Part shown: positions 1-9,595 of the stretch, one piece after another
Layout: each line of letters begins with the position of its first letter
Numbering within the stretch: position 1 is the stretch's first letter
NCBI GenBank assembly: GCA_963681965.1
Contig: OY820579.1
Coordinates: 559,078-623,077 of the forward strand
Reading direction: 5' to 3'
Length of the DNA: 64,000 nt
Origin: a bacterium
GTDB taxonomy: Bacteria; Electryoneota; JAOADG01
The notes under the pieces: model-generated
Told to the model about the DNA's origin: nothing
Database searches by the model: none
What the model saw: only the letters and a program-made list of their open reading frames with translations
Program-made: the position numbers and the translations under genes

Positions 1-1000
1 GCCGGCTGGTGACGTATTTGCCGTCGCGTCCGGAAAACGGCGAGGTATTGATCGAGAACACCATTTCGAGGGTCGGTTCGTCGATCTTCAGCGGCGGTAA
101 CAGTCGCGGATTGTCGGTATCGGTCAGCGTATCGCCCAGTTCGATCCCTTCGACACCGGAAATCGCGACGATATCGCCGGGATTCGCTTCTTCGATCGGA
201 ATTCGTTTCAAACCGGAGAATCCGAATAATTGCGTAATCTTCGTCTGCTTCAGTTGGTTTTCGTGACTCCCCATCATCACCTGTTTGCCGACGCGGATAC
301 TGCCGTTGGTGACGCGCCCAATGCCGATACGACCCAGATAGTCGCTATAGTCGAGCGAGGTGATCTGAAGTTGAAGCGGATGCCCTTCGATGAACTTTGG
401 CGGCGGCACTTTCTCGATGATGACATCGAACAACGGTTGCAGATTCGTTCCGGGAACCTTCAGATCCATCGTTGCGGTTCCGGCGCGGGCATTGGTGAAA
501 ATCACCGGGAAGTGGCACTGCTCTTCGCTGGCGTCGAGATCGAGAAATAGTTCGAGTACTTCGTCGACCACTTCGTCGATCCGGGCATCGGGACGATCGA
601 TTTTATTGATCACCACGATCGGCGAGAGATTGTTTGCGAGTGCATTCGACAATACATAGCGGGTCTGCGGTAACGGTCCTTCGGATGCATCGACCAGCAG
701 CAAACAGCCGTCGACCATTTTTAAAATGCGTTGCACTTCACCGCCGAAATCGGCATGACCGGGAGTATCGACGATGTTGATCGTGTGATCGTGATAAGGG
801 ATGGCGGTGTTCTTCGCCATGATCGTGATACCCTTCTCGCGTTCGAGATCGAGTTTATCCATGGCGCGTTCCGCGACCTGTTCGTTGGCGCGGAAAATTC
901 CGGATTGATGAAGCATGGCATCGACCAACGTCGTCTTTCCGTGGTCGACGTGGGCGATGATGGCGAGATTGCGCAATTCATTGCGATAAAGCTTTGACAC
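1..1000 (-). CDS. typA: Translational GTPase TypA/BipA; N-terminal part only, the gene continues past the window start
   Basis: The reverse-strand translation begins VSKLYRNELRNLAIIAHVDHGKTTLVDAMLHQSGIF...DTPGHADFGGEV, a TypA-type G1-G3 signature. GTG start at 998-1000 preceded by aggaaa. The M-start ORFs listed on the opposite strand here are antisense shadows. Confidence 0.88.
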   Translation of the reverse strand, partial: MSKLYRNELRNLAIIAHVDHGKTTLVDAMLHQSGIFRANEQVAERAMDKLDLEREKGITIMAKNTAIPYHDHTINIVDTPGHADFGGEVQRILKMVDGCLLLVDASEGPLPQTRYVLSNALANNLSPIVVINKIDRPDARIDEVVDEVLELFLDLDASEEQCHFPVIFTNARAGTATMDLKVPGTNLQPLFDVIIEKVPPPKFIEGHPLQLQITSLDYSDYLGRIGIGRVTNGSIRVGKQVMMGSHENQLKQTKITQLFGFSGLKRIPIEEANPGDIVAISGVEGIELGDTLTDTDNPRLLPPLKIDEPTLEMVFSINTSPFSGRDGKYVTSR

Positions 1001-1144
1001 TGTACTGTTTCCTGTGATTGAATCGTCCCAAGATAGAACGGGAACGGGCAGAGGGCAACTAAAACCCGCAAAGTACTATGGAATAAGAGTTTCAGGTGGA
1101 AGCAACCGTTCGTTAGACTTCCAATTACACTATATGTACGTGAA

Positions 1145-1459
1145 ATGAGGTCAATTATGGATAGCAATCAACTGCCATGCGCATTTCAGGTCGCCGAAAT
1201 CGGCGAGAAACTCGGGATTGTCGCAACCCGGCTGGAGCGGATTCTCGCGGCACAGGAAGAGTTGCTCGAATTGAATCGCAATCTGGCGACGCAACTGCAT
1301 CCCGCCGAACAGGAGCGCCGCACGAGGATGTTACTGGAGGAATCGTCGTCAAAATTGCGCGGACTTCACGACAGTCTCGAGAAACGCCTCACGATCAAGT
1401 GGCTCGGTGTGACTTCGCTGTTCGGGTTTATTGTGTATGTCGTGCAGTTGTTGAAGTGA
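1145..1459 (+). CDS. Hypothetical small protein with a coiled-coil region and a C-terminal transmembrane helix
   Basis: 104-aa ORF with an ATG start, in an intergenic position; the LEEL-rich stretch and the hydrophobic C-terminus (LGVTSLFGFIVYVVQLL) were read directly. No homology recognised. Confidence 0.4.
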   Translation: MRSIMDSNQLPCAFQVAEIGEKLGIVATRLERILAAQEELLELNRNLATQLHPAEQERRTRMLLEESSSKLRGLHDSLEKRLTIKWLGVTSLFGFIVYVVQLLK

Positions 1460-1648
1460 AAAAAAATGATTTTTAAATCCATGAGAAAAGTGTTGCAGGG
1501 TTTCTGTTAGTATAGTAGATTTCATTCTAAAGTCTATCTGCACACACTTCTTGGTTAAAGTAACTGGCAATCGGAACGACCCATACTTCTCTTCATGACA
1601 GCTAACTTTCATTAGCAGGAATATACTTTGCGTTTAGGAGATAAATGT

Positions 1649-3151
1649 ATGTATCGGATGTTAATTTCAATCATCGCATTACTTGTTGCCTCCACCATGA
1701 GTATTGCGCAATTGACTATTGTTTCAACATCACCGTCCAACGGTGCAGTGAATGTTTCTTCACAAACTTCTCTTGAAATCACATTTTCAGCACCATTAGA
1801 TACATCAATTCGATATTCGTCGGGATGTCCGATCGCGATCTTACTCTCTGGTCCAACTCTTACAAATCCCAATTTAACATACTCGATGAGTACAGATCTC
1901 AGAACGATCCGATTTCCACTTACAATTCCGGTGAATACTGATTGTGGATTCATTATTTTTAATGCGCAATCGACAACAAGACAAGGGATGAGTCATCTCT
2001 ACGCATCGAATTTTACGAGTATGAGCAGTTTTGGAATTTATAATATCTCTGGTTCAATAAGTTATCCAGAAGGGAATCCTGTCAACTCGTTCGTAGCTTT
2101 GTTTCAATCCGGAAGTGACAATCCAATTTTATTCGGAGTATGCAGTCCCGGACAAGCAACATATACAATAAATGGATTGAGGGGTGGTGGACAACATTAT
2201 GCCCTTGTCGCAGGACTAGATTTAAATGGAGACGGTGAGTTAAATAATGATCCCGGCGGTTGGTATGATACAAATAACGATGGTGAACCCGATGAAATAA
2301 TCGTTGATAATGTCAATGTCTCCAATATTAATATCACGTTACATCTTGAATTGCCGATTACTGCCCTCGAGCGAATTGCAGCAGTCCGAGCCTATATTGC
2401 TTCGATCGATCCCAATGCAACAATCAAGGGACATTGGGGAGATGATGATGCAAATCTTCCAACCGGTAGAAGTTATACATGGCAATTCCGAGTACTGTCT
2501 CCACTGTTAGATAGTATGTTAGAGCTAAGAGTAAATTCTTATCAAATTCGTCGAAGTACGAGCAATCCGACTGAGCCTGGAATCGGGTATGGTCTTGATT
2601 TTCCGCTGAGCGGTATCGATAGTGATAGTGCATTCCGAGTTGCTGAAAGAAATGGTGGAGCACAATTACGCAATGCCTACCCAACAACCCATGTTGTCAT
2701 GACTTCTAAAACTGATTACGATGACCCGGAAAATCCGATTTTAACTTGGCACGTCTGTTACAATACGGAATCATCGCAATTTAATTATGTTCTCCGGATT
2801 GATATTGATGTGATATCCGGAGCGGTTAGACAAATTCTGTGGAATCCCGATCGGGGTGTTGACGATCAGAAGATCTTTTCTACTCCAGATTTTTGTTCAC
2901 TGAATGGCTGTTATCCGAACCCATTCAATGCGACCACTGAAATCAAATACACGATTGCAAAGACAAGTAATGTCGATTTGCGACTGTTCGATGTGACAGG
3001 ACGAGAAGTAGCGAAGTTAATCAACTTCGATCAACATCCCGGTAGCTACACCTATCGATTAAACGGAAGCGTGCTGGCAAGCGGCACGTACTTCGTTCGG
3101 TTGCAGACCGGTTCGACTAATCAGACTCAAAAAATCATTTTACTCCGATAA
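1649..3151 (+). CDS. Secreted protein with a T9SS C-terminal sorting domain
   Basis: ATG at 1649 follows aggag; the track start at 1628 is TTG. N-terminal signal peptide MYRMLISIIALLVASTMSIAQ. C-terminus CYPNPFNATTEIKYT...GTYFVRLQTGSTNQTQKIILLR is a typical Por/T9SS C-terminal domain. A hairpin follows at about 3185-3210. Confidence 0.8.
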   Translation: MYRMLISIIALLVASTMSIAQLTIVSTSPSNGAVNVSSQTSLEITFSAPLDTSIRYSSGCPIAILLSGPTLTNPNLTYSMSTDLRTIRFPLTIPVNTDCGFIIFNAQSTTRQGMSHLYASNFTSMSSFGIYNISGSISYPEGNPVNSFVALFQSGSDNPILFGVCSPGQATYTINGLRGGGQHYALVAGLDLNGDGELNNDPGGWYDTNNDGEPDEIIVDNVNVSNINITLHLELPITALERIAAVRAYIASIDPNATIKGHWGDDDANLPTGRSYTWQFRVLSPLLDSMLELRVNSYQIRRSTSNPTEPGIGYGLDFPLSGIDSDSAFRVAERNGGAQLRNAYPTTHVVMTSKTDYDDPENPILTWHVCYNTESSQFNYVLRIDIDVISGAVRQILWNPDRGVDDQKIFSTPDFCSLNGCYPNPFNATTEIKYTIAKTSNVDLRLFDVTGREVAKLINFDQHPGSYTYRLNGSVLASGTYFVRLQTGSTNQTQKIILLR

Positions 3152-3184
3152 CACATTTACAACCTCATAATCCATTATTGAATC

Positions 3185-3210
3185 GGCGGACTTTTCAGTC
3201 CGCCGGTTTC
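3185..3210 (+). terminator. Stem-loop (ggcggact-tttc-agtccgcc) after the T9SS gene
   Basis: Perfect 8-bp inverted repeat followed by ggtttc; the same ggcggact/agtccgcc hairpin recurs at 19250-19265 and 19293-19310. Confidence 0.5.
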
Positions 3211-3500
3211 GATTCTACCCATCCATAATTCGTGAAACTTTTTCTCCCGTGAGATGGAGGCGCTCCTCTCACGAGAGGCGACTCACCTCTCATTGGAGGA
3301 GCTCCACCTCCGAGGAGAGCAGCAAAAAAGAGGCGATTCAAACGATAGCGGGGAGTTTTAAAACGGAGTTCATGTCCATCACATCCATTCAAACGGAAGG
3401 TAGACGCTCGGCAAACCATTCTTTCACCCCTCCTCAAACAATGGGGGTGTAGTTTGTCATCGTAAGTACGTCAAACAGGTTTTTCATCGAGAGGTGAACC

Positions 3501-5195
3501 ATGATATACACAAGAATAGCTTCCGGACTTGATTTCATCGATGCAGAATTCGGCGGCATCTACGCCAACCGAACCTACTACCTTCGTGGTCCTGCACGTT
3601 CCGGTCGCACGACAATCGGTCTCCAGTTTCTGCTCGCCGGACTCGAAAACGGCGAAAACAGCATTCTGATCTCCAGCGACCGGATCGAAGACGTGATCCT
3701 GAAGTCGGAAACGATCGGTTTGACGCTGGAACAATATCTGGTGGAAAATCGCCTGATCCTGATGGAATATCCCAAGGAAATTCAAAATGGGCACTATCAG
3801 TTGGGTGGCGTGATCCATCTCCTCGGCGAGATCGAGAAATATATCAAGACGTACAATTGCACCCGAATCGTATTCGATACCCTGATGCCCTTATTACTAA
3901 AGGCACGGGATGCACAAGTCGCCAATTATGTTTACTCCTTAATGAATGCAATCGAAGCGCTTTCCTGCACCGCCTTCGTGACAACCGGCGAACCGAATAG
4001 CCCCCAGGCGGGTCGGATTGCCGAATTGATCGAAGATGCCGCTGCCGGCGTGTTCTCGACTTCGGCGGTTTCAATGAAGGATAGTCAACAGCGGATGTTC
4101 TGGGTGCACAAGATGGTCAATCCGATGACCCCGCCGACTCCTTATAAGACCAAGTTCGAATATGGTACCGGTGTCGTACAGGACCTCGGCGAGCGCGCTC
4201 CCGATATCCGCCGACCGAATACGGTCGAACAAGTAACCGGTCCGGTGAGCATTAACGACCTACCGATGCGAATAGCTGTGATCGATGGCGAAGAAGATGT
4301 CGTCGCGCAGTTCGAAGAGATCTTCCCGAAAGCACAACAGGTCGACGATTACAGTACCGATAGCGAATTTATTCGCGGTCACCGGGATGTTGGTTACGAC
4401 GTGTTGGTCGTGAATGCATCTTCGGTCGTGAATTGGTTTCTAGCGGTACACCAGATCCGCGAACGCAACGAGAAGTTGCCGATTCTGATTGTTTCCGAAC
4501 AATTAACGGCACAATTGAGTTATCAATCTGCGAAACTTGCCGGTGCCGACGCATTGTTCATGCACCCGTTGGTGAAGGGCGATGTCGTCCGTGCCTTGGA
4601 AAAAGCGCTGAAGAACTACAACACCTATCAGGAAATTGCCAGTCGGCTCGCAACTCGCACACAGCTATCCAATCTTCCCGAGGATTTCGGGTCGCTCCTG
4701 AACACCGTGATGGAATCGGACTTGGGTGGAAAGCAAGGCGATACACTGATTAGCGTTGGCGATTTCAAAGAGAAACTCCACGAGCAGATTTGGCGCAGCA
4801 GCCAAAAGCAATTGACGTTCGCAGTCGTGTCCTTCCGAATGATCAATACCGGCGAAATATCAAAACTTCAGAACCTGCCCCGCGGCTTGGAATTGGTCAA
4901 GCGTATGGCAGGGATTGTCGGAAATGCGATGCGCGGATTGAACGATAGCGCCTGTCGCAGTATGGACAAGATTGTGGTTCTCTTGGAGAATTGCGATCGC
5001 GAAGGTGCCGATGCATTTGTCGCTCGGGTCACTGCCGATGTGAAAACGGAATTGGGCGACAAACTCGGTGTTCAATTGGGTCGTCATCTGGTCATTTCAA
5101 AAGCGATGGCGATGTATCCCGAAGATGCCGACAATGTTCAGGATTTGCTGTCCCGGGTAACCGAAACCACCCGTAATTTCAAGTTAATTCACTAA
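3501..5195 (+). CDS. Three-domain protein: KaiC/RecA-superfamily ATPase-like domain, receiver-like domain and degenerate GGDEF-like domain, all with active-site substitutions
   Basis: N-terminal GLDFIDAEFGGI..YLRGPARSGRTTIGLQFLLAGLENGE matches the KaiC/RadA P-loop fold, but Walker A reads GxxxxGRTT (Lys replaced by Arg) and the catalytic Glu pair is replaced by SDRIED. The middle domain (RIAVIDGEED...YDVLVVNASS..LPILIVSEQ) is receiver-like, with the phospho-acceptor Asp replaced by Asn. The C-terminus (FAVVSFRMIN....RSMDKIVVLLENCDREGADAFVARV) has a GGDEF fold with the GG(D/E)EF motif replaced by SMDKI. ATG at 3501 follows gaggtg. Confidence 0.75.
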   Translation: MIYTRIASGLDFIDAEFGGIYANRTYYLRGPARSGRTTIGLQFLLAGLENGENSILISSDRIEDVILKSETIGLTLEQYLVENRLILMEYPKEIQNGHYQLGGVIHLLGEIEKYIKTYNCTRIVFDTLMPLLLKARDAQVANYVYSLMNAIEALSCTAFVTTGEPNSPQAGRIAELIEDAAAGVFSTSAVSMKDSQQRMFWVHKMVNPMTPPTPYKTKFEYGTGVVQDLGERAPDIRRPNTVEQVTGPVSINDLPMRIAVIDGEEDVVAQFEEIFPKAQQVDDYSTDSEFIRGHRDVGYDVLVVNASSVVNWFLAVHQIRERNEKLPILIVSEQLTAQLSYQSAKLAGADALFMHPLVKGDVVRALEKALKNYNTYQEIASRLATRTQLSNLPEDFGSLLNTVMESDLGGKQGDTLISVGDFKEKLHEQIWRSSQKQLTFAVVSFRMINTGEISKLQNLPRGLELVKRMAGIVGNAMRGLNDSACRSMDKIVVLLENCDREGADAFVARVTADVKTELGDKLGVQLGRHLVISKAMAMYPEDADNVQDLLSRVTETTRNFKLIH

Positions 5196-5264
5196 TCCAG
5201 TATCGCAATCGAATTTTATTAGTTCAGTACCGGGTAACCGGATAGCGGAAGCAAGGAGAAGAAA

Positions 5265-5825
5265 ATGGAAACCATGTCGAATTTCACGCACAACACGTTA
5301 TTGGCAACAGTATTAACCGGCTCGATCGGAGCATTGAGCTACGCCGCAAACCGGGTACGCGAACGGGTATTAACGGTGGGAAACGTTCAGCGAGCTGCAG
5401 TCAATTTCGAATCATCGATGAAACCGATTTATCTGCCGGAACCAACGGCTAAGTCTGAGAAGATCATGAATACTATTAGTGGCAAATGGGATGCACGCGA
5501 AACGCCGCAGTCGGAAGTGGACAGTTTCATGTCGGATTGGGTAAATGGCTCGTGGGAAGGTATTCAGAACGCACGCAGCTACAGCAATAGCGTTGCGCAA
5601 GACGACATTCGCACCGTCTCGACACTGCAAAGACGTATTGCCGCCAATCGCGCCAGTTGGACACGGTTAACTGCAGAACCATTACCGGAAACCCGTAAAC
5701 CGGCAAAGATCGAGATGGTCAGCTCGACAATGGCGATCGATACCAATTGGATCGACGAGTGGATCGGAAAGCCGGTTACCGAGGCGATCGAGATTACCAA
5801 CCCGATGAATCGAATCGCGTTTTAA
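5265..5825 (+). CDS. Hypothetical protein, second gene of the KaiC-like operon
   Basis: 186-aa ORF with an ATG start preceded by aaggag, 70 bp downstream of the previous gene on the same strand. No recognisable domain. Confidence 0.55.
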   Translation: METMSNFTHNTLLATVLTGSIGALSYAANRVRERVLTVGNVQRAAVNFESSMKPIYLPEPTAKSEKIMNTISGKWDARETPQSEVDSFMSDWVNGSWEGIQNARSYSNSVAQDDIRTVSTLQRRIAANRASWTRLTAEPLPETRKPAKIEMVSSTMAIDTNWIDEWIGKPVTEAIEITNPMNRIAF

Positions 5826-5932
5826 TCGAAGTTCAGTAAGGTCATGCGATCGCTCAGTTGGATCGCATCAACCACGATCAAGTCAATCAGAATTAACTCA
5901 GTTGTATCAAGATCGATTGTCAGGAGTATAAA

Positions 5933-6868
5933 ATGGATGTCATCGCAATGTTATCGAGAGTCATATTGGTCGTCGCAATCATCACTTTTTGCGTAGCGAT
6001 TATATCGTATGTGATCTTCCGGGTGAAAGAGCATGCTCACAAGCCTGCATCGGCACCGCGAAATATCGATTTACACGCAGCTCCAGTCAATCATCTTGCT
6101 TATATGCCTCTTGCGACCCTTCCGGTAGAACCGGTAAACGGTACTCCAAAAGCAATCCACAACGAGCTGGAAGTACCCACGCTAGCCAATGGGATCGTCA
6201 ATGGATATCACCGTCCTGCAGTCACGAATAGTATACCTGCAGTGGGGATTGCCACTGATACGACGAAAAACGGATCTTTCGATTATCGACCACCAGCAGT
6301 AGAACCGATTGCATTTGCCGAATTAAATGGTTCGAAAACGATCGACCGAGAACTCCAACTCAACGCCGATATTTTGGAACATGCCATTCGAGTCCTAAAC
6401 GAATCGGATACTACCACTCGGAATGGTTATCAAAACGATTATCAAAATCAACCTATTATTTTCAACGGAAATAAACCGATCAATGGGTTTTCAAATGGTC
6501 AATTGAACGGAAATTTTAACGGACATAGTAACGGTAGTATGAATGGATCAGTTAATGGTCATGGAAAACCAGCAATAAATGGAAATGCAAATGGATACGT
6601 TAACGGAAATTCAGATGTAAATGGAAAATCGAATGGACATAATGGAAATTCCGTCGAGGGCAACGGACAAGAAATTCAGCTAACGCAATCACAATCAGTA
6701 TTTCTAAAATCATTTACCAATTATTCCTCGACTGCCAATTCGGATATGTCAATCGGTCATCCCGATGCGCCATACTCATCCTTAAAGCCGAGATTTTTCC
6801 GTGTCAACGGTCAAAACAGTAATGAAAATGTATACGGCAAAGGTGAAGCTCCGGCAAATTGGAAATAA
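5933..6868 (+). CDS. Hypothetical membrane-anchored protein with an Asn/Gly-rich low-complexity repeat region
   Basis: N-terminal transmembrane helix (VILVVAIITFCVAIISYVIF). Degenerate NG(x) repeats (NGFSNGQLNGNFNGHSNGSMNGSVNGHGKPAINGNANGYVNGNSDVNGKSNGHNGNS). ATG at 5933 follows caggag. An intrinsic terminator follows. Confidence 0.6.
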   Translation: MDVIAMLSRVILVVAIITFCVAIISYVIFRVKEHAHKPASAPRNIDLHAAPVNHLAYMPLATLPVEPVNGTPKAIHNELEVPTLANGIVNGYHRPAVTNSIPAVGIATDTTKNGSFDYRPPAVEPIAFAELNGSKTIDRELQLNADILEHAIRVLNESDTTTRNGYQNDYQNQPIIFNGNKPINGFSNGQLNGNFNGHSNGSMNGSVNGHGKPAINGNANGYVNGNSDVNGKSNGHNGNSVEGNGQEIQLTQSQSVFLKSFTNYSSTANSDMSIGHPDAPYSSLKPRFFRVNGQNSNENVYGKGEAPANWK

Positions 6869-6893
6869 TGATTTATCTCCAAAGCGGACAATA

Positions 6894-6925
6894 ATGCGGG
6901 TCGAAGAACCCGCATTTTTTGTTTG
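6894..6925 (+). terminator. Rho-independent terminator (atgcgggt-cgaagaa-cccgcat followed by TTTTTTgttt)
   Basis: Stem-loop plus U-run immediately after the 3501-6868 gene trio. Confidence 0.7.
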
Positions 6926-7436
6926 CGAGCTGCCAAGAATTGAATGCTCGATCAATATTGATTGTCACGTTGTCAATTCATTATCGATTGCTATGTTACA
7001 AACCGAGCAAACGAATCGGTGGAAAAATGGCGGTACAGCGCTATTGATGATTCCAGGAGCAGTTTTTAAACGTCTGTGAAAATCGAAGTAAAGATTATGA
7101 ATATCTTATATTTAGATAACAAAAAAAAGAGCAAACGTTGAGTTTGATTAAGTATATATCCAACGTCCTAAACCGTTGTACAATATCCTATCGGGTATAT
7201 ATATTAGCAGTTCGACCGGAGTTTGGAGGTTCACTCCCCATCTTTGAAGTGATCCATTGACCGAATTCGGAAAGTTGAATTAGTAGAAACATCGGAATTT
7301 GATTTCCTGTACAGAACTTAAAATCAGTAAGTATTTGAAAAAGGGGTAGTGTTTCGTTTGTGATTCGATATTCCGGTTATCGCGATAATCCATAAGAGCA
7401 CCGGACACACGCAACATAAAATGAAACCGAGACGAT

Positions 7437-9299
7437 ATGTATCGTAAAATGAATTACAATACTCGCTTGATTCTCAAGATATTTCTCGATTCATTTGCGA
7501 TTATTTTTGCGTTTGTCTTTGGCTATTTCCTCCGCTTCCCATGGGATGCATTTCTCAAAGAGATGCATACACTCGGTTACTTCCTAATTGTTGTGCTCGT
7601 CGTTCGGTTGGTCTGTTTTTCCTCGTTTCGGCTCTATTCGACCATGTGGCGCTATTCCGAATTGCCTTCGATTATGGCGTTAATGAAGGCAACGGCTGTC
7701 GGAAGTATTTTATTGGTAATCAGTCATTACTTTTTGCTACCCAAGCATAATATCCCGCGATCCATTCCCTTTATCGATTTCTTGTGTGTGGTTTTTCTTG
7801 CCGGAAGCTTCCGTTTCTCGATCCGATATTTTACCACGCGAAAGAGGGATACCGGGTCTAGCACTGCTCCGCGTCGTCGCGTATTGATCTACGGCGCTGG
7901 CGATACTGGTGAGCAGTTGTTGCGCAATATTCAGCAATCGAAGATCATGTCGGGAATCGATGTCGTCGGCTTTATCGACGACGACTCAAATAAGCGCAGT
8001 CAATACATTCACGGTAAACGCGTGCTTGGCGGACGAAATGACGTCAGTGCACTGGTTAAGCAGAAAAAAATTACCGGAATATATTTTTGTGTACCCTCCC
8101 TTTCCGGTTCGGAAACTCGCGAATTATTCCGATCGATCAATGAGCAAGTCGGTTCGGAAATTGAAATTCTTACGATTCCCGGTCTTTCCGATTTGGTGCA
8201 GGGACGCATCTCGATTAATGTTCTGCGAAAATTTGAATTGAGTGACCTCTTACGTAGAAGTCAGGTTCACCTCGAACGCGAACCGGTCGAACAATTGATC
8301 AAAGATCAAGTCGTGTTGATTGTCGGCGGCGGCGGTAGTATCGGTCTTGAGTTGTGCCGGCAAGTGGCAGGATTTCTACCGAAAGAACTCGTGGTGGTTG
8401 ATGCCAGCGAATTTAATACTTACACTGCCGAGCAAGTGCTTCGCAAGAGTTTTCCCAAATTAAATCTTACACCGCTGGTTGCCGATGCCTGTAACAACGA
8501 ATTGTTGCGGAATATTTTCGAGCGGACGAAACCGGCAATTGTCTTCCATGCTGCCGCGTACAAGCATGTTCCGTTAATGGAAGAAAATCCGTGGGCGGCA
8601 ATTTACAATAATCTGACCAGTACATTGCAGTTGACGCGGTTTGCTTCGGAATTTGGGGTCAAACGGTTTATTCTCATCTCATCCGATAAAGCGGTGAAGC
8701 CCACCAGCGTGATGGGCGCGACGAAGCGGATGTGCGAACTGATCATGTTGCTCGAGCAACAGCACAGCAATACCGATTTCATGGCGGTTCGGTTCGGTAA
8801 TGTACTTGGCAGCTCTGGAAGCGTGATTCCGCTGTTTCAACAGCAAATTACCAACGGTGGACCGATCACCGTTACACATCCGGAAATTACCCGGTTCTTT
8901 ATGTTAATTTCGGAAGCCGTGGAATTGGTGTTACAAGCCGGCGCTGTCGGTGCTTCCGGTCAGATCTATGTATTGGATATGGGAAAGCCGATTCGTATTG
9001 CCGAATTGGCAGAATACATGATCGAGATCTGTGGTTTGCGTCCGCATCGCGATATTAAGATCGAGTACACCGGTTTGCGTCCGGGCGAGAAACTGTATGA
9101 GAGTCTTTATTTCGAAGGGGAAGAGACCCCGACACGCGTTCCCAATCTCTTTGTATTGCAACCGAAGCTAAGTGTCGATCAAAAGTATATCGCCGAAATC
9201 GAACAGTTGATCGTTCGAAATCCCCGGTTGTCCCGCGATGAATTAATGGCGGAAATCAAGCGTTTCGTACCGGAATTCATTACGAATGGCAACGGTTGA
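7437..9299 (+). CDS. Polysaccharide biosynthesis protein, membrane-anchored UDP-GlcNAc 4,6-dehydratase of the PglF/WbpM/CapD family
   Basis: Four N-terminal transmembrane helices. Rossmann motif VLIVGGGGSIG. Short-chain dehydrogenase/epimerase core ...FHAAAYKHVPLME...ISSDKAVKPTSVMGATKRMCE... matches CapD/PglF. Confidence 0.85.
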   Translation: MYRKMNYNTRLILKIFLDSFAIIFAFVFGYFLRFPWDAFLKEMHTLGYFLIVVLVVRLVCFSSFRLYSTMWRYSELPSIMALMKATAVGSILLVISHYFLLPKHNIPRSIPFIDFLCVVFLAGSFRFSIRYFTTRKRDTGSSTAPRRRVLIYGAGDTGEQLLRNIQQSKIMSGIDVVGFIDDDSNKRSQYIHGKRVLGGRNDVSALVKQKKITGIYFCVPSLSGSETRELFRSINEQVGSEIEILTIPGLSDLVQGRISINVLRKFELSDLLRRSQVHLEREPVEQLIKDQVVLIVGGGGSIGLELCRQVAGFLPKELVVVDASEFNTYTAEQVLRKSFPKLNLTPLVADACNNELLRNIFERTKPAIVFHAAAYKHVPLMEENPWAAIYNNLTSTLQLTRFASEFGVKRFILISSDKAVKPTSVMGATKRMCELIMLLEQQHSNTDFMAVRFGNVLGSSGSVIPLFQQQITNGGPITVTHPEITRFFMLISEAVELVLQAGAVGASGQIYVLDMGKPIRIAELAEYMIEICGLRPHRDIKIEYTGLRPGEKLYESLYFEGEETPTRVPNLFVLQPKLSVDQKYIAEIEQLIVRNPRLSRDELMAEIKRFVPEFITNGNG

Positions 9300-9328
9300 T
9301 GAACGGTGCCGGTCGATCCGATTTTCTG

Positions 9329-9355
9329 AAAGGCGCGGATATGCGCCTTTTTCCG
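9329..9355 (+). terminator. Rho-independent terminator (aaggcgc-ggatat-gcgcctt followed by tttcc)
   Basis: Inverted repeat plus T-run directly after the dehydratase gene. Confidence 0.6.
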
Positions 9356-9595
9356 CGAATCAACCGTGATGACAGTGCAACATAAATTTGAATTCATTCC
9401 GAATGTTTCACAGATCGATTTTAAAATTCGTATTTTATTTTTTACGATGATTCCCAAATATTCCGACTTCAGAGAGAAAACCTGGGGAACAGGATGTCTG
9501 ATCGATCGGTAAGTTGATTGAGATTAATGTTATCAAAATACATTTCGACCGTTCAACCAGTATCGCGATTGCGATAATTAGAAATCGAGCAAATA

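Noticed and set aside
3195-3452. Short ORFs (67-80 aa) in the 350-bp gap upstream of the KaiC-like gene
   Set aside because: They overlap each other on opposite strands and have Arg/Ser-rich translations; the region is more plausibly promoter plus leader.
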